Of a DNA stretch of 64,000 nucleotides, positions 60,057 through 64,000 are shown in pieces. The DNA lies in assembly GCA_014905635.1 (NCBI GenBank), contig JABVCE010000034.1, positions 248,001 through 312,000 on the forward strand. Direction: 5' to 3'. The translations under genes were made by a program, and so were the position numbers. The notes below the pieces were generated by a model. It was not told the DNA's origin and ran no database searches. It was given only the letters and a program-made list of their open reading frames with translations. The first letter of the stretch is position 1, and each line of letters begins with the position of its first letter. The stretch is from Scenedesmus sp. PABB004. Taxonomy: Eukaryota.

Positions 60057-63000
60057 CAGCAGCCGGGCGGTGCTGCCTTGCCCCAGGGCGGCGTGCCCGA
60101 TGGTGTCATCTTGACGCGCTGCGACAGCCAGGCGGAGGCCAGCAACGCCCACACGTCGCAGCCCCGAAGCACGGGCAACACGGCCAGCAGCAGCACAGCC
60201 GAGCGCCCCGCCGCGGCGACGGGCGAGCAGGAGGTCAAAGCTGCTGCAACGAACGGCAGCCTGGTCGCGGCACACGCGCCCGAGCAGGTGAGGCGGCGCG
60301 CGCACGCGCGCACGCTGCCGCACTCTGCCGTCGCCCCCGCCCGCGCCGCCGCTGACGCCCATGCGTCGCGCGCGGCCTGCGCCGGCGGCACGCCCCGCGC
60401 AGGCGGTGGTGTGCTTCCAGCTGCCCACGTCCAACAGCGTGCTGCTGAGCGCGCTCGAGTGGGGCGAGGTCATGGTGGTGAAGGACACGGTCACCTACTT
60501 TGGCCGCACCGCCGGCGGCGGCGCCGTGCGCGACCTCTTCCTGCCGGACAGGCCCATGGTGACCCGCGGCCGCTGCGCACCCGCCTGCGCACCCGCCTGT
60601 CAGGCGCCGACGGGGGCAGCGCGCCGCGCCCTGCCCGCCCCGCGCCGCCGACACCCGCGCCGCGCCGCGCCGCGCCGCGCCGCGCCCGCGCTCAGGTGCG
60701 CGGCACGCTCGTGCTGCTGCCACTGCTGTTCCGCTGCCGCGCGCTGGGCTGCCTGTACCTGCTCGCGCCGTGGGACATCCACGCCGCGCTCGGCAAGGCG
60801 GCGCTGCAGGAGATGGCGTTGCTGCTGGCGGGGGGCACCTTCCGCGCTCTGCTGGGCGGCGGCACGCTGCAGCGGCAGTGGTACGGGCAGGTGCTGTCGG
60901 AGGGCCCGCTGCCAGAGTCGGCGGCGCCGGGCGCGGACGGCGCAGAGCCGGGCGCCGGCGTGGGCGGCGGCGGTGCGGCCTGCGACGAGGAGCGCAGCTT
61001 CAGCTTCTCCGGGCCCACCGGCCGCACGGGCGACAGCAGCGTGGCGGACGCGCTGCCCAGCAGCGAGGGCCCGGTCAACGTGGCGGGCAGGGCCAGCCTA
61101 GACAGCTCGGCCGGCGCGCTGGAGCAGCGCGGCGCGGCGGCGCTGGTGAGCTGCGCCGCGTCGACCAGCTCCAGCAGCGCGAGCGCGATCAACACGAGCT
61201 GCCCGCTGCCGCTGGGCACGGCCGCGGCGGCGGTCGCGGCGGCCGCCGCGGCCTCGGCCGCCGCCGCCGCGGGCGCGGCGCTGGCGCCTGTCGGCATGGC
61301 CGTGAGCGGCCACGCGGCGCCGGCGTTCCCGGAGCTGGTGCTGTGGCCGGAGCTGCTGGACGTGCGCGACGACCTCGCGCGCAGCCGCCACACCGCGGTG
61401 TACACCGCGGAGCACGGCGGCAGCCTGCTGGCGGTGAAGCTCTTCCGCTACTCCCCCACCATGGAGCACAGCGTCCACGCGCCCGGCGGCGCGCCCGGCG
61501 GCGCGGGCGGCGGCAGCGCTGCCGGCGGCGGCACGGGGGGCATGTTTGGCGGCGGCAGCGGCAGCAGCGGCAACGTGGTGCGCGATACGGAGCTGGAGGG
61601 CGTGCTGAGCCTGCAGTACCGGCTGTGCAGCCTGTCGCACGAGCACGTGCTGCGCCACGTCGCGGTCTACCCCCACGTCTACGAGGCAAGACACCCCGCG
61701 CGCCCCGCGCGCCGCCTGCTGCTCGCGCGCGCCGCCCCGCTCTCACGCGCCGCGCCTGCTCTGGCGCGCGCGCCGCAGGTCGTGCAGCGCCGCTCGTCGC
61801 GGGAGCCGCCGGACGTGTTCCTCACCTCGGTGCTGCCCCGCAAGGAGCGGCACCACCGCGTCGCCGCGCTGGTCACCGAGTACGCGGCGGGCGGCTGCCT
61901 GCGCGACGCGTCCAACCGCGGCGCGCTGCACGTGCCCACGCCCGCGGCGCTCGCGGCGGCCGCGGCCGCGGCGGGGCTGGGCCCGGCGCCCGACCTGTCG
62001 GCGCTCTCGCCGGCGCAGCTGTCGGCGCTGTCGGCGCAGCTCGAGGCGCAGCTGCCGATGCTGCCGGGCCTCGCGCGGCAGGGGGCGGACATGCACCACA
62101 TGTCTGCGCCCCTGCCCGTGTCGGCGGCGCTGGGCGGGCTGCTCGGCCCGCTGCCAGCGGGCAGCACGCAGGCGGGGCCCGCCGGCGGCGCGCTCGGCGG
62201 GCGGCGCAGCCACGACGCCGCGGTGGAGGCGCTCCGCTCCCCGCACATGCCGCTGCTGCGCACGCTGCTGCTGCACATCGCGCTGGGCATGCAGCACCTG
62301 CACGCGCACGGCATCGTGCACGGCGAGCTGCGGCTGGACAACGTCATGATCGCCGGCACCCTGCCCAGCAGCGTGGCGATGCTGCAGGCGGCGGCGGCGG
62401 CGCCGCCCCGGCCCGCCGAGGCGGCGCTCGACGCGGCGCCGCTGGCCGAGGCGGGCGCGCTCGCCGACGACGGCCCCGGGCGCACGGGCAGCAGCAGCCT
62501 GAGCTGGGGCGGGCTGGCCGACGCGGTGCCGGGCCGCGGCGGCGGCAGCAGCGGGCAGCTGGGCGGCACCACGCAGAGCGCGAGCAGCGGTGGCAGCAGC
62601 GCCGCCGCCGGCGGCTTCACGTGCCGGCTCAAGGACATCGGGCTCTGCACGCACGGCTGGTCGCACCGGCAGGCGCGGCTGCGCGCGCGCGCGCTGCTGG
62701 CACGCGCGCGCGCCTCGGGCGCCCCTCAGAGCGCTGACGTGCGCCGCCGCCGCCGCCGCCGCCGCGCGCCGCGCACCGGCCGCAGGTGGCGATGCGCAAG
62801 CTCGCGGGGCGCCCGCGGCCGCAGGCTGTGAGCTGGCTTGCGCCCGAGTGCTTCCGCGGCGAGGGGCTGAGCAAGTACAGCGACGTCTACGCGTACGGCA
62901 TCCTCATGTGGGAGCTCTACACGGGGCAGGTCGCGTTCAGCGACCTCGTCGCGGGCAGCGCCAAGGTGCTGCAGACGGTCATCAACGACGGCGTGCGCCC

Positions 63001-63211
63001 GCAGTTCCCCGACGGCGCGCCGGCGTGGTACGTGACGCTCGCCAGCCGCTGCTGGAGCGGCACCGCCAAGAACCGCCCCAGCTTCCGGCGCATCGTGGCG
63101 CAGCTGCAGGCGCTCGAGGCCGAGGCGGCGCGCGCCACGCCCGCCAGCCCGGCGCTGCCGCGGCCGCCCGCGCGCTCGCTGAGCGCGGAGCAGCTCATCG
63201 AGCGCACGTGA
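58322..63211 (+). CDS. GAF-like-domain TKL pseudokinase
   Basis: MLCCF N-terminus; GAF-like strands SFLAVPII..IIGTLSFG and TLVLLPLLFRCRALGCLYL; kinase motifs LAVK, LVTEY, HGELRLDN, LKDIG, WLAPE, SDVYAYGILMWELYTG, CWSGTAKNRPSF. Confidence 0.75.
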
Positions 63212-63280
63212 CGCGGGGGCGGCGGCGTGACGGTCGGGGCGGGGCGGGGGTTTTTCCGGGAGGGCGCCGGCCGGGCGACC

Positions 63281-63285
63281 TGTAA
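63281..63285 (+). promoter_or_regulatory. TGTAA polyadenylation signal for the pseudokinase gene
   Basis: TGTAA 70 nt after the stop codon. Confidence 0.6.
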
Positions 63286-63493
63286 GCTCCGTGACCCGGC
63301 GGGTGCGCCGCCCCACAACACGTGCAGACCCGGTCCGCCGCTGCAGCGCAGCCCGCCCGGGGCCAACCGCCGCTGCGTCCCAACCGCCGCCGCCGCGCTG
63401 CTGCTGGCGCAGCGGCCACTCCGATGCTTCCAGCGGCCTCGGTGACGCACGTTCTGAGAGCGCGACGCCAGGGCGGGCCCCCCACGCAGCGCG

Positions 63494-64000
63494 ATGGCGG
63501 CCGCGGCAGTACTCTTTGCGCTGGCTGCCGGCGCGGCGCTTGCTGGCGCCGCCCCGGTGCGACGCTTCCCTGTCTACGCTGATTGCCCCGGCAAGGACGC
63601 TCCCGCAGGGGCGATGTGCCGGCAGGAGCTCGGCGGCGCGCGGCGCGGGCCCGGCGCGGCGGCGGCGGCGGCGGCGCCGCCCCCGGCTCAGCTGCCGGTC
63701 GACATGCGGTTCCCTTGCGAAGACCCCAACATCCCTTGCGATCTGGTGAGCCTGGCGAGGCACAGCGTCAGGCAGCGCTCGCTGGCTGCTCGCCCGGGCC
63801 CGCGCGGCGGGCGGCGCGCGCCCCGCCCCGCGCCAAGGAGAGGGCGCGCCGAGCCGCTGGCCGCGCCGCGCCGCGCCGCCAGAACATCGACGTCGTCCAG
63901 CCCGTGCTGCCGCCAGCTGGGGAGAGCTGCAGCGACGTGCTGATGCCCTGGGCGCCCTTCCCCTGCACCTTCGATGCGAACCGCAGCACCGGCGTGCCGG
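63494..64000 (+). CDS. 5' part of a putative secreted Cys/Pro-rich protein (runs off the window)
   Basis: Signal-like [17 protein letters not shown]; ...FPCEDPNIPCDL|gtgag...cag|NIDVVQPVLPPAGESCSDVLMPWAPFPCTFDANRSTGVP. Confidence 0.55.

Overview
This is eukaryotic nuclear DNA with extremely high GC content and dense genes split by many short (~110-200 nt) spliceosomal introns. It most resembles a chlorophyte green alga, given the TGTAA poly(A) signals, TTTAGGG-type motifs and a Chlamydomonas-type glycolate dehydrogenase; the species cannot be determined from the window. Most six-frame ORFs are GC-driven artefacts, so gene models were rebuilt by eye by joining exons, and CDS coordinates are start-to-stop spans including introns. 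About 21 genes were found: U2B''-like snRNP protein, p24/TMED, an orphan coiled-coil gene, GYD1, a PPPDE/DeSI peptidase, PLPBP/YggS, a small orphan, GAR1, RPN11, PRP18, an inverted pair of TKL kinases, a WD40+coiled-coil protein, ETFB, RsmH/MraW, UFC1, an ATRX/ARIP4-like SNF2 helicase, a peroxisomal carrier, WDR91, a GAF-like pseudokinase and a partial secreted protein. Three observations stand out. (1) Non-canonical GC-AG introns are very common (7 of 19 in GYD1, at least 22 in the window), almost all with an exonic AG, and many introns have G-rich 5' and C-rich 3' halves that could fold back. (2) A ~503-bp near-identical duplication of the GYD1 upstream region brackets an orphan gene. (3) A head-to-head kinase pair has blocks that are near-identical even in introns, flanking large divergent activation-loop inserts.
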